Shown here in pieces: positions 41,340 through 51,634 of a stretch of DNA of 64,000 nt. The translations under genes were made by a program, and so were the position numbers. The notes under the pieces are model-generated. The model saw only the letters and a list, made by a program, of their open reading frames with translations. It ran no database searches and had not been told where the DNA came from. The stretch is from an uncultured delta proteobacterium. GTDB lineage: Bacteria > Desulfobacterota > Binatia > UBA9968. Each line of letters opens with the position of its first letter. Within the stretch, counting starts at the first letter, position 1. The DNA is taken from positions 288,001-352,000 of the forward strand of contig CAVXEP010000012.1 in the NCBI GenBank assembly GCA_963760795.1, given 5' to 3'.

Positions 41340-43031
41340 TCACGACAGCAGCATGATGATGACCATGCCCCAGATCGTCAGGAGCGTGTTGCCTACGGCG
41401 TAGGTAACGGTGTAGCCGAGCGCGGGCACCTGGCTCTTGGCTATATCGCAGACCAGTCCCAGCGATGCCGTCGTCGTGCGCGCCCCGGAAACGATGCCGA
41501 GCGTGAGCGCGTCGTGGAAGCGGAACAGGTACTTGGCGGTGAACATGCCGAGGAGCAGCGGCACCGTGGTGGCGACCACGCCCCACAGGAACAGGCCGAT
41601 GCCCTGCGTCTTCAGGCCGTTGACGAAGCCCGGGCCGGCGGAGATGCCGACGATGGCGATGAAGATGTTCAAGCCCACCGAGTTCATGAACCAGACGGTC
41701 GGCGTCGGGATGCGCCCGAAAGACGGGCGCACCGAGCGCAGCCAGCCGCCGATGATCCCGGCGACGAGCGCGCCGCCGGCGGTCGACAGCGTCAGCGGCA
41801 CCCCGGCCACCGTGAAGACCAGCGCGCCGATCAGCGCGCCGATGACGACGAAGGCGCCGACGAACGCCATGTCGGTGACGTCGGTCGGACGATCCGCGAC
41901 GCCGAGCATCTTGGTGGCGGCGGCGACGTCCTGCGTGCGGCCGACGAGGGTGAGCAGGTCGCCGCGGTTGATCTCGGTGTTCGGCAGGACGGGAATATCG
42001 GTGGCGGTCGCGCCGCGCGTGATCTTGCGCAGGAAAACGCCGCGCGCGTCGGGGCGCCCGGCCAACTCGGTCAGCGTCTTGCCGTCGACATCCTTGTTCG
42101 TCACCAGAACGTCGACGCCTTCCACCGGCACGGCGAGCAGCTCGCGGTCCTCGACTTCGACCGCTGCCTGCAGCACCGTCACCAGCACTTCGCGTTCGCC
42201 CGCGACCGCGACCACGTCGCCCTCTTTCAGGACGGCGTCCGCGGTCGCTTCGATGATCTGGCCATCGCGGCGGATGCGCAGGATGAACAGGCGCGCATTG
42301 GGCACCATCGCCTCCGCCTCGGCGACCCTGAGGCCGGCCGCCTTGCCGCCGGTCTGCACCTTGTACGCGCGCACCGCCCAGCGGTGCCAGGCCGTGCCGG
42401 GCCCGCCGATCTCCTTCTTGCCGCCGCCCTGCTTCTCCTCGTAATCCCTGCAGGCGGCGACGAGATCGATGCGCAGCAGCGCGGGGCCGAAAATGGCGAT
42501 GACGATCGCCGAGCCCATGGTGCCGAACATATAGCTCACCGCGTACGCGACCGGTAGGCCGTCGATTAGCGCCTTGGCTTGGTCGGCGGCCAGGCCCGCT
42601 CGATTGATCGCGTCCGTCGCCAGCCCCATCGACGCGGAGATGGTCTGCGAACCCGCGTAGAGGCCCGCCGAATAGCCGAGATCGTAGCCGGCCACTTTCG
42701 CGACCACGACGGCGGTAATCAGGCAGAACACGCATTGGACCACCGAGAAGAGCGCCTGCGGCACGCCGTCCTTGGCGATGCCGCGCACGAACTGCGGCCC
42801 GACGCCGTAGCCGACGGCGAACAGGAACATGAGGAACGAAAACGCCTTGAGCGGTTGGTTGATCGTGATGCCGATCTGCCCAATCACCACGCCGGCGATC
42901 AGGGTGGAGGTCACCGATCCCAGGCCGATGCCCTTGTAGGTGAACTTGCCGAAGTAGTAGCCGAGAGCGAGCGCGAGAAAGATCGCGATCTCCGGGTTGG
43001 TACGCAACGTTGTCGCAAACCATTCAAACAT
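41340..43031 (-). CDS. aspT: Aspartate:alanine antiporter (AAE family), second paralog
   Basis: [41 protein letters not shown]. Confidence 0.92.
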   Translation of the reverse strand: MFEWFATTLRTNPEIAIFLALALGYYFGKFTYKGIGLGSVTSTLIAGVVIGQIGITINQPLKAFSFLMFLFAVGYGVGPQFVRGIAKDGVPQALFSVVQCVFCLITAVVVAKVAGYDLGYSAGLYAGSQTISASMGLATDAINRAGLAADQAKALIDGLPVAYAVSYMFGTMGSAIVIAIFGPALLRIDLVAACRDYEEKQGGGKKEIGGPGTAWHRWAVRAYKVQTGGKAAGLRVAEAEAMVPNARLFILRIRRDGQIIEATADAVLKEGDVVAVAGEREVLVTVLQAAVEVEDRELLAVPVEGVDVLVTNKDVDGKTLTELAGRPDARGVFLRKITRGATATDIPVLPNTEINRGDLLTLVGRTQDVAAATKMLGVADRPTDVTDMAFVGAFVVIGALIGALVFTVAGVPLTLSTAGGALVAGIIGGWLRSVRPSFGRIPTPTVWFMNSVGLNIFIAIVGISAGPGFVNGLKTQGIGLFLWGVVATTVPLLLGMFTAKYLFRFHDALTLGIVSGARTTTASLGLVCDIAKSQVPALGYTVTYAVGNTLLTIWGMVIIMLLS

Positions 43032-43086
43032 ATTGTCCTCCGTTCAGCTTAGCCCATCGCCTTTGTGGTTTGACCGTCGTCGCAGT

Positions 43087-45828
43087 TTAACTGTCATTAA
43101 GTTTACCTTTCCGCTTGGCCAGCACCGAAGGTTTGAGCAGCTTCAATCCATGGGCAGCGTGATAGCCGTGAATCTCTTTCACGTCGAGTTTGCGCATGAA
43201 GGTGATGGTATCTGCGGTGATGACCTGGCCCGGCACCATGATCGGGAAACCGGGCGGATACGGAATCACAAAGTTTGCCGACACCAGCTCTGGGCCTTTC
43301 TTGAGCCGGTCGTCAATCTCCTTGCTCGCCAGCCTGATGAATTCGCAATTGGCGTCGTCGTAGGCCATGTAAAACGGTTGCCGCATATGGCCCTCGTTGC
43401 TTACGCTCTTGGGTTTTTCGCGGAAAGCATCATGGAAGCGACTGAAGTTGGGCAGGTCGGGTACGTCGGTCATCAGCGATTTCACCCGCGCGGCAAATTC
43501 CGCCTGCTCTTCGCGCCCCCCCTGGGCGAAGCGCTGCTCGATCTCGCGCGATAGATCGGCGAGCACTTTGATGAGCAGCGCGCCATCGCTGCGCGTGTTG
43601 TTAATGTTGGTCTGGACCAGGATGCTGTTACGCGAAGTCTTATTGATCTGAATATCGAAGCGTTCCGCCAGCAGGTTCTTGAACTGGGTGCCGTCGAAGC
43701 CCGCCGTGCCGCAGACCAGCGTCAACCGGGTTGGGTCGAGGGCGAACTCGTCGTTGTTCCAAGCCTCGACGACGTCCCGCCAGGTGGAATTGGGCGGTCC
43801 ATAATCTTTGATTCCGGAGGCGCGGTACTCGGCCGGGACCATATCGGCCGCAGTGGCGATATGAAAGTACTTGGAGATGAGCGGATGGTTGTTCACCTCC
43901 CGGCGAATTTTGAACGCCAGCTCGGTGGCTTTCATGGTGAGCTCGTAGCCTTCCAACTCCATTTGCCGCCGGGCGATGTCCAGCGATGCGATAATCTGCT
44001 GGTTCGGCGACGTCGAGGTGTGCGTGAAGAAGGCTTCTTCGAACGGCCCTTCGACCTGATGGAAGTCCTCGTCCCATATCAGAATGATCGAGCCCTGACG
44101 CAGTGCCGACATCGATTTGTGCACCGAGTTGGTCTGGTAGACCCGGATGCGCACTTTATCGGGGTCCGGCAGCAGCTGCATGTCGAGCAGCTTCGGGCTT
44201 TTTGGGTCGAGCTTGCCGGCTTTTGCGACAAACGCCTTGTACTCTTCACGATAGGCAGGGTCGCGGTAGCGCTCCGTCAGCGCCGCCGCCGCGCCCATGG
44301 CCGTGCGCGAGCGGTGAAACGCGTTGAAGCGGGCGAAACCAAACCATGCTTCGTCCCACAGGAAGATCAAGTCCGGTTTAATGGCGAGGCATTCCTCCAT
44401 GACGCGCCGCGGATTGTACATATGGCCGTCAAAGGTGCAGTTGGTCATATCGACCGCCCTGACGCGATCGAGCGTGCCTTCGGCTTTGCAATCGAGCAGT
44501 GCTTTCTTGATCGTGCGCAGCGGCACGGCGCCGTACATCGAGTACTGTGTAAGCGGATAAGCCTCGACGTAATAAGGCTGCACCCCCGCCAGCACGAAAC
44601 CATAGTGGTGCGATTTGTGGCAGTTGCGGTCGACAATCACGATATCGCCCGGTTTGCAGATCGCCTGCACGACAATTTTGTTGGATGTCGACGTGCCGTT
44701 GGTGCCGAAGTAGGCGCGCTTGGCGCCGAACGCCCGTGCCGCGTACTCATGGGCTTTCTTGATGTTGCCGGTGGGTTCGAGCAGGCTGTCGAGTCCGCCG
44801 CTGGTCGCCGACGACTCGGCGAGAAACAGATTCATGCCGTAGAATTGGCCCATGTCGCGGATCCAGTTGGAGCGGAAGATCGACTTGCCGCGCGCCACCG
44901 GCAGCGCGTGAAACGTGCCGATCGGGCGTTGCGCATAGCGCTTGAGATTGGAGAAAAACGGCGTGTCGTAGCGATCATTGACGCCGTCGAGGATCGAGAG
45001 GTGGACCTCCGTAATCTCTTCAACGCTGTGAAAGATGCGCCGGATCGGCGCCACCGTGTCGCTGCCGGCAATTTTCTCAGCGCCTCGATCCGTGAGCAGA
45101 TAAATGTCCAACTCGGGGCGAAACTTCTTAATTAACCGGGCGAGGGTCGTCGCCAGCGCCCCAGACGCAATGGCAGCCGGATCGACATTCGAATTGCGCA
45201 TCAGAAAGTCGCGCATCACCGTTAGCTCATGGTGCGAGCGGAATTGGAAGCCGTCGTAAATGACGACCGCCTGGACATTGTGGTTGAAAATCGTCCCGAT
45301 GACGCCGTCTTCGAAGCTGCCGACCTGGACGATCTCATAATGAAAAATATCTTCCGGGCGCCGCAGCCGCTTCAGATCGTTGCGCGCCCGTTCCCAGGTG
45401 CTCGGGTCGTTGGGCGTGACCACCAGCACTTCGAAGTACGGTTTGCGGCTATCGCCGGTCTGGCCGTCGGGCGGCAAGACATCGAGAGGGCGGGACTCGC
45501 TTTCCTGCAAAGGGTCCCAAGCACCGCTATCGTGGCGGTAACCGCCGGTCAGCAGCGAATTGGAAATTTTTTGCACGAGCCGTGCGAACACGCCCGCATT
45601 AGCCTCACCCAGCGATTCCCGAACAGTCGCCATCAGGCGCGACCCTGGGTAAGCCCAATAGCTCTCCAGCGGGCTGATTTCCGCCAAAAGTTCGGCGGCC
45701 TGGGCGTGCAATTGGTCTACGGCTTGGCCCTGCGCAATCGCCGCCTCCAAGGCTCGCCCCACCGAGTTCATCTCCGACCAGCGATCGATTCTCGCTTCGG
45801 CCGCCGAAAAAAAATCTTTAAGATCCAT
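43087..45828 (-). CDS. Orn/Lys/Arg decarboxylase (group III, PLP) with long N-terminal extension
   Basis: GTNGTSTSNKIV, DRNCHKSHH, NCTFDG, WDEAWF, SVHKS (PLP lysine), TSTSP, PYPPGFP. Confidence 0.92.
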   Translation of the reverse strand: MDLKDFFSAAEARIDRWSEMNSVGRALEAAIAQGQAVDQLHAQAAELLAEISPLESYWAYPGSRLMATVRESLGEANAGVFARLVQKISNSLLTGGYRHDSGAWDPLQESESRPLDVLPPDGQTGDSRKPYFEVLVVTPNDPSTWERARNDLKRLRRPEDIFHYEIVQVGSFEDGVIGTIFNHNVQAVVIYDGFQFRSHHELTVMRDFLMRNSNVDPAAIASGALATTLARLIKKFRPELDIYLLTDRGAEKIAGSDTVAPIRRIFHSVEEITEVHLSILDGVNDRYDTPFFSNLKRYAQRPIGTFHALPVARGKSIFRSNWIRDMGQFYGMNLFLAESSATSGGLDSLLEPTGNIKKAHEYAARAFGAKRAYFGTNGTSTSNKIVVQAICKPGDIVIVDRNCHKSHHYGFVLAGVQPYYVEAYPLTQYSMYGAVPLRTIKKALLDCKAEGTLDRVRAVDMTNCTFDGHMYNPRRVMEECLAIKPDLIFLWDEAWFGFARFNAFHRSRTAMGAAAALTERYRDPAYREEYKAFVAKAGKLDPKSPKLLDMQLLPDPDKVRIRVYQTNSVHKSMSALRQGSIILIWDEDFHQVEGPFEEAFFTHTSTSPNQQIIASLDIARRQMELEGYELTMKATELAFKIRREVNNHPLISKYFHIATAADMVPAEYRASGIKDYGPPNSTWRDVVEAWNNDEFALDPTRLTLVCGTAGFDGTQFKNLLAERFDIQINKTSRNSILVQTNINNTRSDGALLIKVLADLSREIEQRFAQGGREEQAEFAARVKSLMTDVPDLPNFSRFHDAFREKPKSVSNEGHMRQPFYMAYDDANCEFIRLASKEIDDRLKKGPELVSANFVIPYPPGFPIMVPGQVITADTITFMRKLDVKEIHGYHAAHGLKLLKPSVLAKRKGKLNDS

Positions 45829-46106
45829 CGTCCTTCTCCCTTTTATTCAAATTGAGAACGCCGGTCGCGCTCTCCCACTTTGCTTACTGCCAAATCGATC
45901 ATGCTTCGATGAGCGCCGGATGAAATCCCAGCAGCGTGTGACCGATTTCTTCCTCTCCTTCGAATAGTCACAACCAGGATTTTCCAGCGAACCGAAAAAT
46001 CCATCCTGTCGCCAAACCGCATGGCATTCGCATGTTGCCAACACACCGCGAAGTTGTATTAGCAATTTCTAAAAGCCCCGATATTAAACTTTGGTAAGTC
46101 TGCTTT

Positions 46107-46466
46107 CTAAGAACTTACCCATGTTCGCGCTTCGGTCTGGCGCGACGGAGTGAAGAATTCGATAGCCGTGGCGCGAAATCCCTTGGCGGTAAAAGCGAGC
46201 GCGTCGTCTTGCCATTTTTCATCGCCGACGATAGCCATTTTCTCGATGTTTCGACCCTGATCCATCATGAAGCTCACGTCTCCCCAGTCTGCGCGCCGCT
46301 CCCAGCCTTCGAATGCTTCGAGAATAACCAGGGCGTGGACCTTCCCCTCCCGCTCGATGGCTTCCTTGGCAATCTCGATGATCCGATCATAATCGGCTTT
46401 ATTGAACATTCGCCGTACTTTTAGCTGCAGGAGTTTTCCCGCCGTATCGATTATTTCCACCGGCAT
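46107..46466 (-). CDS. SpoIIAA-like (STAS/SEC14) protein
   Basis: LEAFEGWE...WGD...IEKMAIVGDEKW...EARTWV pattern. Confidence 0.85.
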   Translation of the reverse strand: MPVEIIDTAGKLLQLKVRRMFNKADYDRIIEIAKEAIEREGKVHALVILEAFEGWERRADWGDVSFMMDQGRNIEKMAIVGDEKWQDDALAFTAKGFRATAIEFFTPSRQTEARTWVSS

Positions 46467-46946
46467 AGCCCTATCTCCACGCAACTGTCTTTCTTACGTT
46501 CGGGGTTTGAATTGAGAAAACGCTAACGCGAGTAACTTAATTTGAATGGTTTCTGATATGCATCGGGAATACCCTGGTTTCCCGCTTCGAAATCCCTTAG
46601 GGGTAAAGCGCGGCTCCAGCCGAGATATCCATCACCTCGCGTGCAAGTGTGAACTTGCGCCCTGTAACCATCGACACCAGTGACTCTCCTGTGCGTAACT
46701 TCCGAAGTGGACACAGATCGGGCACATCAATGATTATTTATTGGCTCAAAAATTCATCGCGCTTGCCTGGTCCTGCATGCTGCCTAGCGCGAGGTCGGAA
46801 AGGCGCCGGTCCGGGTAACCACCGCCGACGTCGCAGTGCGCCCCCATGAACCGGCAAACCGAGGCGACAGCGCTGTGTATAGCTCATGTCAGGTTCTCAA
46901 CCAGTGTCGAGGATCGGGTGAAAGCAAGACCATTCTCGCCCGGCCG

Positions 46947-47020
46947 TTTTTCACGGGAGGCAGCAGAGCGAACGGAGCTCTTAAAAAAAGTCTCGGTTAA
47001 CTCCGCCGGCTCCTGCCAAA
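46947..47020. repeat. Nonamer-unit hairpin element (family also at ~51495-51522, 62803-62886, 63273-63341)
   Basis: TTTTCACRGGAGGCARCAGAG... left arm with a complementary CTC...CTCCG...CTCCTG arm. Confidence 0.65.
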
Positions 47021-47063
47021 TTGAAGTCCTCGCCGCTCCAGCCTCGACACTCGTTGCGCGTCG

Positions 47064-48035
47064 CTAATGCTTCACCTCCACCCAAGTCTTGTCTGGGTTA
47101 TATTCCTTCATCGCCGCGGCAACAGCCGCGGTCATTTTGCCCAAGTCTTTTTGAAAGACCTTGCCGTCATGATTGACGATGAAACTCATGACGCCGGAGT
47201 TTCCATACGTCGCGGGGTATGCGACCAAGGCAAAGCCGCCGATCATTTTTCCTTTGACGAAGTAGCTGTACGCTCCGCCGGATGCGTCTTTTCCTTGCGC
47301 CGTCAGAATTCTGTAGTAATAGCCGTGATAGGGAACCGGCTTATCGCTCGCTTTATAGCCCTGGCTCCTTGCCTCGGCGACAAACCGCCCTAGTGGGCTT
47401 TGCGCCTCGCCTGCCTTGGCTTCCCAGTAAAGACCGTTTTTTTTGCCCGGGTCGCTGTGAAATTTCTGCGCGTATTCCAGCAGCGCATTGCGGTCCCGGT
47501 CTTTGGTCGCGTATTCGCGCTGGGCATCGACGTAGGCCAACGACACCTGGATGGCGTCCAGCTCATTCTGTCCAATGCGCCGGTTGAGGATTTCTTCTCT
47601 GCCCTTGTCGGCGTCGAACACCCAACCCTCGGCTTTCTTGACCAGCGGAATTGGATACGGCCATTCGCTTTTACCGACCTTGACGATGCGGTTTTCGCCT
47701 TCGCTGACGATGCTGACCTTTTCGTCATAGAGTGCCAAAAACCGCTCACGCCTTTGCTTGTCCGCCGCCGCGTCGCCGGAAAACAACACTTCTTTGGCGT
47801 GGGCGCCGTAGATCGCCAAAAGCTCCTTTTCGTCGTTGTTCTTAGCAGCAGCAATGGCGGCTTTCACCGCCTCTTCGGGGGTCGCGAAACTCTTCTGCTT
47901 TGCCGGTGTCGCGGCCAACGAGAGCTGGCATAGGGTGAGTGCCAAAATAATCATCGCCCCGAACGCGGACCATTGCCGGCGTGGGTATTTGTTCTGATTT
48001 GCGCCGAGATCGTGAAGCATCGCTTCTTCCTCCAT
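47064..48035 (-). CDS. DUF2950 family protein
   Basis: WPYPIPLVK, EILNRRIGQNE, YVDAQREY, PYHGYYYRIL, GFALVAYPATYGNSGVMSF. Confidence 0.9.
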   Translation of the reverse strand: MEEEAMLHDLGANQNKYPRRQWSAFGAMIILALTLCQLSLAATPAKQKSFATPEEAVKAAIAAAKNNDEKELLAIYGAHAKEVLFSGDAAADKQRRERFLALYDEKVSIVSEGENRIVKVGKSEWPYPIPLVKKAEGWVFDADKGREEILNRRIGQNELDAIQVSLAYVDAQREYATKDRDRNALLEYAQKFHSDPGKKNGLYWEAKAGEAQSPLGRFVAEARSQGYKASDKPVPYHGYYYRILTAQGKDASGGAYSYFVKGKMIGGFALVAYPATYGNSGVMSFIVNHDGKVFQKDLGKMTAAVAAAMKEYNPDKTWVEVKH

Positions 48036-48108
48036 GAAATGAGATACGCGGGTCGAGGGTCAGGTGTCGAGGGAATTTTCACTCGACACTCGTCGCTCGC
48101 TACTTTTC

Positions 48109-49353
48109 TTACCGGCGGCGTCCGCCGCCACCACCGCCGCCGCCTCTTGAGCCGCCGCCACCACCACCTCTTGAACCGCCACCGCCGCTAGACCGGCTCG
48201 CGCTGCCGCGTTGACTAGCGCTACTGGCGGCACCTCCACCACGCTCCATGCCTTGATAGGCGCCGCCCCGGTTGCTGCCACCGCCGCGGTCGCCGCCGCC
48301 ACCGAGTTGACTCGCGCCACCGCGGTCGCCGCCGCCACCGAGTTGACTCGCGCCACCGCGATCCGCTGTGGCTGGACGATTGCCGCCGCCCAATTCGCCC
48401 GCGCCGCCACGATCGCCAAGGCCGCCTTGGTCGGCTCGGCCGCGAAACTGCTCGCGCGACTTGATCGCATCGTTAGTGCCGGCTTTGTTAAACTTTTGCG
48501 CCGTCCCTTGATCGCGATAAGAAACACCCTTGCGGTGCTCGGCGTTATGCTGCCACCTGCCCTGGTCGCCCGCCGGCCGAGTTTGCCCTTTATTGCGATC
48601 GATGTTGTTGTTGATGTTGGTGTTTCGGCTATTATTTATGTTGACGTCTCCGCCGCCCCAATTGCTATTGCCCCAGGCATAACCCCATGCTGCGCCCATG
48701 GCCATACCCGCGCCAAACCATAACATCGACGAAGCTACGTAACCTGGTGGATAGTAGGCATAAGGGGGATAGGCGGGGTAGGGCCACCCGCCGTACACCA
48801 CTGTGGGATTATATGTCGGTACGTAAATCACCTCTGGATTCGCGGGTTCGATCTTGATGATTTTCTCCTCGACGATGACCTTCTGCTCGTTGGTCGTCTT
48901 GAGATTGCCAGCCGCCTGCGCCTTGGCGCGCATGCTTTGGATCGTATCGAGAACCTTTTTTTGATCCGCCAAAAAGGCATCGCCCAACTTTTGCGTCCAG
49001 TCGAGCTTCTCGCTCATCATGGTGAGCACCTGGGGAAAGTTCACCAGGGATTTCACGCTTGGGTCCCAGTTCTGTTTCTCGAGAGCCGCAGTCAGCGCGT
49101 CCCCCTTCAGACTCGCATTTTGCTTGGCAAACCGCTCCGCTTGAACGATTTCCAACGGATAAGTCGAAGCCATCAAGATTTGCGCTATGAGATCGTCGGG
49201 GTGCAGCGCGATGGGCGCCACTACCTGCTCCAGTTCTTCCTGTTTGAAAACCGCGGTGCCCTCGGGCTGCTGCGCGATCAATGACGGAGGCGCCGCCAGT
49301 AGCACCACCAGGAGCCAGCTCAACCGACGCATTAATCCTCGTCTTGTTTTCAT
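48109..49353 (-). CDS. DUF3300 family protein with Gly/Arg-rich tail
   Basis: APIALHPDDL...ASTYPLE, WDPSVKSL, YVPTYNPTVVYG, WQHNAEHRKGVSY; tandem DRGGASQLGGGG repeats. Confidence 0.9.
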   Translation of the reverse strand: MKTRRGLMRRLSWLLVVLLAAPPSLIAQQPEGTAVFKQEELEQVVAPIALHPDDLIAQILMASTYPLEIVQAERFAKQNASLKGDALTAALEKQNWDPSVKSLVNFPQVLTMMSEKLDWTQKLGDAFLADQKKVLDTIQSMRAKAQAAGNLKTTNEQKVIVEEKIIKIEPANPEVIYVPTYNPTVVYGGWPYPAYPPYAYYPPGYVASSMLWFGAGMAMGAAWGYAWGNSNWGGGDVNINNSRNTNINNNIDRNKGQTRPAGDQGRWQHNAEHRKGVSYRDQGTAQKFNKAGTNDAIKSREQFRGRADQGGLGDRGGAGELGGGNRPATADRGGASQLGGGGDRGGASQLGGGGDRGGGSNRGGAYQGMERGGGAASSASQRGSASRSSGGGGSRGGGGGGSRGGGGGGGGRRR

Positions 49354-49823
49354 GATTTTCCTTCCCGGTTTCCCGAAACACATCTCTGCTGAGCGCTCGT
49401 CACGATGCCGCGAGCAAATCGATCCCGGCCGCGTCGATCTCCTGCATCTTGATTCGGACATTTTTAGTTTTCACTGTGGCATTTTGAACACAAGTAACGT
49501 TGCGCACTCGCTCTCTGCTACAACGCCGTGTTGCAGCGACGTTATCCGTGTTTGCCTTGCCATGCAGCTTCTTTTTATCAGCGCCAAGCAGCATCTGTCC
49601 AGTGCCAAACCCTTCCGCCACGACCGCGATCACAATAGATTGCATCGACTCCTGTTCTGGTGGTCCACGGCGCGTTCGCGACCCGTGGGCAACAGCAGCG
49701 CCGCCGGCAAACTTAGCCTCATCAGCGCAAAGGTCGTCCGGCACTACAACTCCCATGCGGTCACTACCCCTTAGTAAAGGATGCGGAAGTGCTTATTTGA
49801 TTGCGCGCGGCCGAGCGGGATTT

Positions 49824-50942
49824 TTACCTCTCATCGTTGCCGTTGTCATGCTTGACCGTTGCGGCAGCCACCTCACTCCCGGCTACGGCTGCGGGCGCCG
49901 TGGCGTCGATCCAAGCATTCAATAAGGTGTAGGCCACCGCGAGCACTACCGGACCGACGAACAACCCGATCACGCCGAAGGCGAACAGCCCGCCGATCAC
50001 GCCAGAGAAGATAAGCAAAAGCGGCAGATCGGCGCCGCGCCGAATCAATATGGGGCGCAAAACATTATCCATTGTGCCGACAACCGCGGTCCAGACCAAA
50101 AGCACCGTGCCCAAGGCGGCATGGCCAGCCCAGTATAGCCAGATCACTGCGGGAACCATCACCGGCATCGGTCCGATCTGCGCGATCCCCAAAAACAGCA
50201 TGACCGCGGTCAGGATCACCGCGTAAGGGATGCCGACCAGCGCCAGGCCGATGCCCGCAAGGACCGACTGGACCACAGCCGTTACCACGACGCCGAGAGC
50301 CACGCCGCGAATCGCTTGGGCGGCGAGACGAAGCGCGTTCTCGCCCCGCGCGCCGCCAAGGCGGGCGGCGAATCGGCGCGCATAGTCGGCGGCTGTCTCG
50401 CCGTTGACATATAGAATGGCAGCGATGAGCAGTGTTAGCGCGAAATGGAAAAGCATCAGTCCCAGTCCGCCGACCTGGCTGACGAACCAGCCGACGACAT
50501 TGTCGACATACGGCAGTCCGTGGACAGCCAACCCCTCGGCGCCGCCGGCGGCAAGCCTGCGCCATTCCGATGCGATCTTCGCGCCGACCACGGGCAGACG
50601 CTCGACCCAATCAGGCGGGGGCGCAAGGGCGAAGGAAACCAGAGACTTTGATCCAGCGGCAATATCCAGTGAGTGATCGACGACGGTGACGACTGCGACG
50701 GTGATCGGCGCGATCAGAATCGCCATCGCGGCGACGATCATGACCACCACCGCGAGGGACCGCTTGCCGCCTAGCCATGACTGCGCGCCAAGCAACAGCG
50801 GCCAGGTCGCCACGACGATCATAATCGCCCAGATCAGCGCCAACAGAAATGGCTTGAGAATCCAAAAGCTGGCGCCGATGAGCAGGCCGATAAACAGCAA
50901 CAGCAGAGTGTTGTGAGTCAGATCTCGCGATGCATTGTTCAT
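49824..50942 (-). CDS. AI-2E family transporter (YdiK-like)
   Basis: PFLLALIWA...VATWP, GVVVTAVVQ, DNVLRPILI, GLFVGPVVLA. Confidence 0.9.
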   Translation of the reverse strand: MNNASRDLTHNTLLLLFIGLLIGASFWILKPFLLALIWAIMIVVATWPLLLGAQSWLGGKRSLAVVVMIVAAMAILIAPITVAVVTVVDHSLDIAAGSKSLVSFALAPPPDWVERLPVVGAKIASEWRRLAAGGAEGLAVHGLPYVDNVVGWFVSQVGGLGLMLFHFALTLLIAAILYVNGETAADYARRFAARLGGARGENALRLAAQAIRGVALGVVVTAVVQSVLAGIGLALVGIPYAVILTAVMLFLGIAQIGPMPVMVPAVIWLYWAGHAALGTVLLVWTAVVGTMDNVLRPILIRRGADLPLLLIFSGVIGGLFAFGVIGLFVGPVVLAVAYTLLNAWIDATAPAAVAGSEVAAATVKHDNGNDER

Positions 50943-51049
50943 TCGCTCCCTCCGGCCGGTCGATCTAGTTTTTGATCGAACCCGCTACCGGGTTCTTAAT
51001 CCGATATCAGGCCGTGCGTGCCGTTTTACTGTTAAGATCTTTTACTGGC

Positions 51050-51245
51050 TGGTGCCGATATCGACAAACGAAGCTAAGTAGGAGCTAACCCCATCTTGAT
51101 TCCTTAGCACCACACCGCCCACGCCCCCCGCCAGTGCAATCCCTGCTTCAGCCGCCACGTAGGTTCCCGCTCACTTCGCGCTGTCCGTCAAATTGTATAC
51201 GTCCCCAGTAGCGCTCGCTTTGCTGATGCCGAAATCTACCACGTC
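51050..51245 (-). pseudogene. Remnant of a small beta-rich protein (DUF1134-like)
   Basis: VVDFGISKASATGDVYNLTD/AGTYVAAEAGIALAGGVGGVVLRNQDGV across a frameshift. Confidence 0.55.
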
Positions 51246-51366
51246 AAACCGTCGATGGAGAACGCGCCTCGCCAAGCGCTTGCCAACCGCCCCACTCTCG
51301 TGCCGCGATAGTCGGTCGCTCTCTTTGGGCTGAGCTAGTTCTAGCGAATAGTTAATAAGCTGCATA

Positions 51367-51382
51367 TTGGACTTTGGTCCAA
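51367..51382. promoter_or_regulatory. Palindromic operator TTGGAC-TTTG-GTCCAA
   Basis: Symmetry extends to ATATTGGAC-TTTG-GTCCAATAT (51364-51385). Confidence 0.78.
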
Positions 51383-51634
51383 TATAGAAAAGCTCACTTG
51401 GATAATGGGGCCTCGCCTTGCTCTCTCAACAAAACAGCAAGCGCTACAACGATTAGGATAGTCTCGTGACGCAGGTTGCTGAAAGAAACTTCATCTCACA
51501 GGAGCTAACAGAGGCAACAGAGTTTTTCATCGAAACCAATTCTATTCTCAAATCGCGCCTCGGAAATTCCAACAGCAGTGTTTTAACCCAGCGTCTCATT
51601 TTTTCGTCACTTAAGCTTTGCGAAAACTTTGGTG

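Noticed and set aside
41323-43023. 566-aa alternative-frame ORF over aspT (similar cases at 52194-53504 and 54551-55849)
   Set aside because: Arg/Gly-rich off-frame read expected from GC3-biased codons; no family features.
48283-48420. 33-bp repeats as a possible CRISPR array
   Set aside because: In-frame coding tandem repeats of DUF3300 with no unique spacers; no cas genes in the window.
49400-49756. 118-aa ORF between the AI-2E and DUF3300 genes
   Set aside because: No recognisable motif or RBS; may be a decayed gene but cannot be supported.
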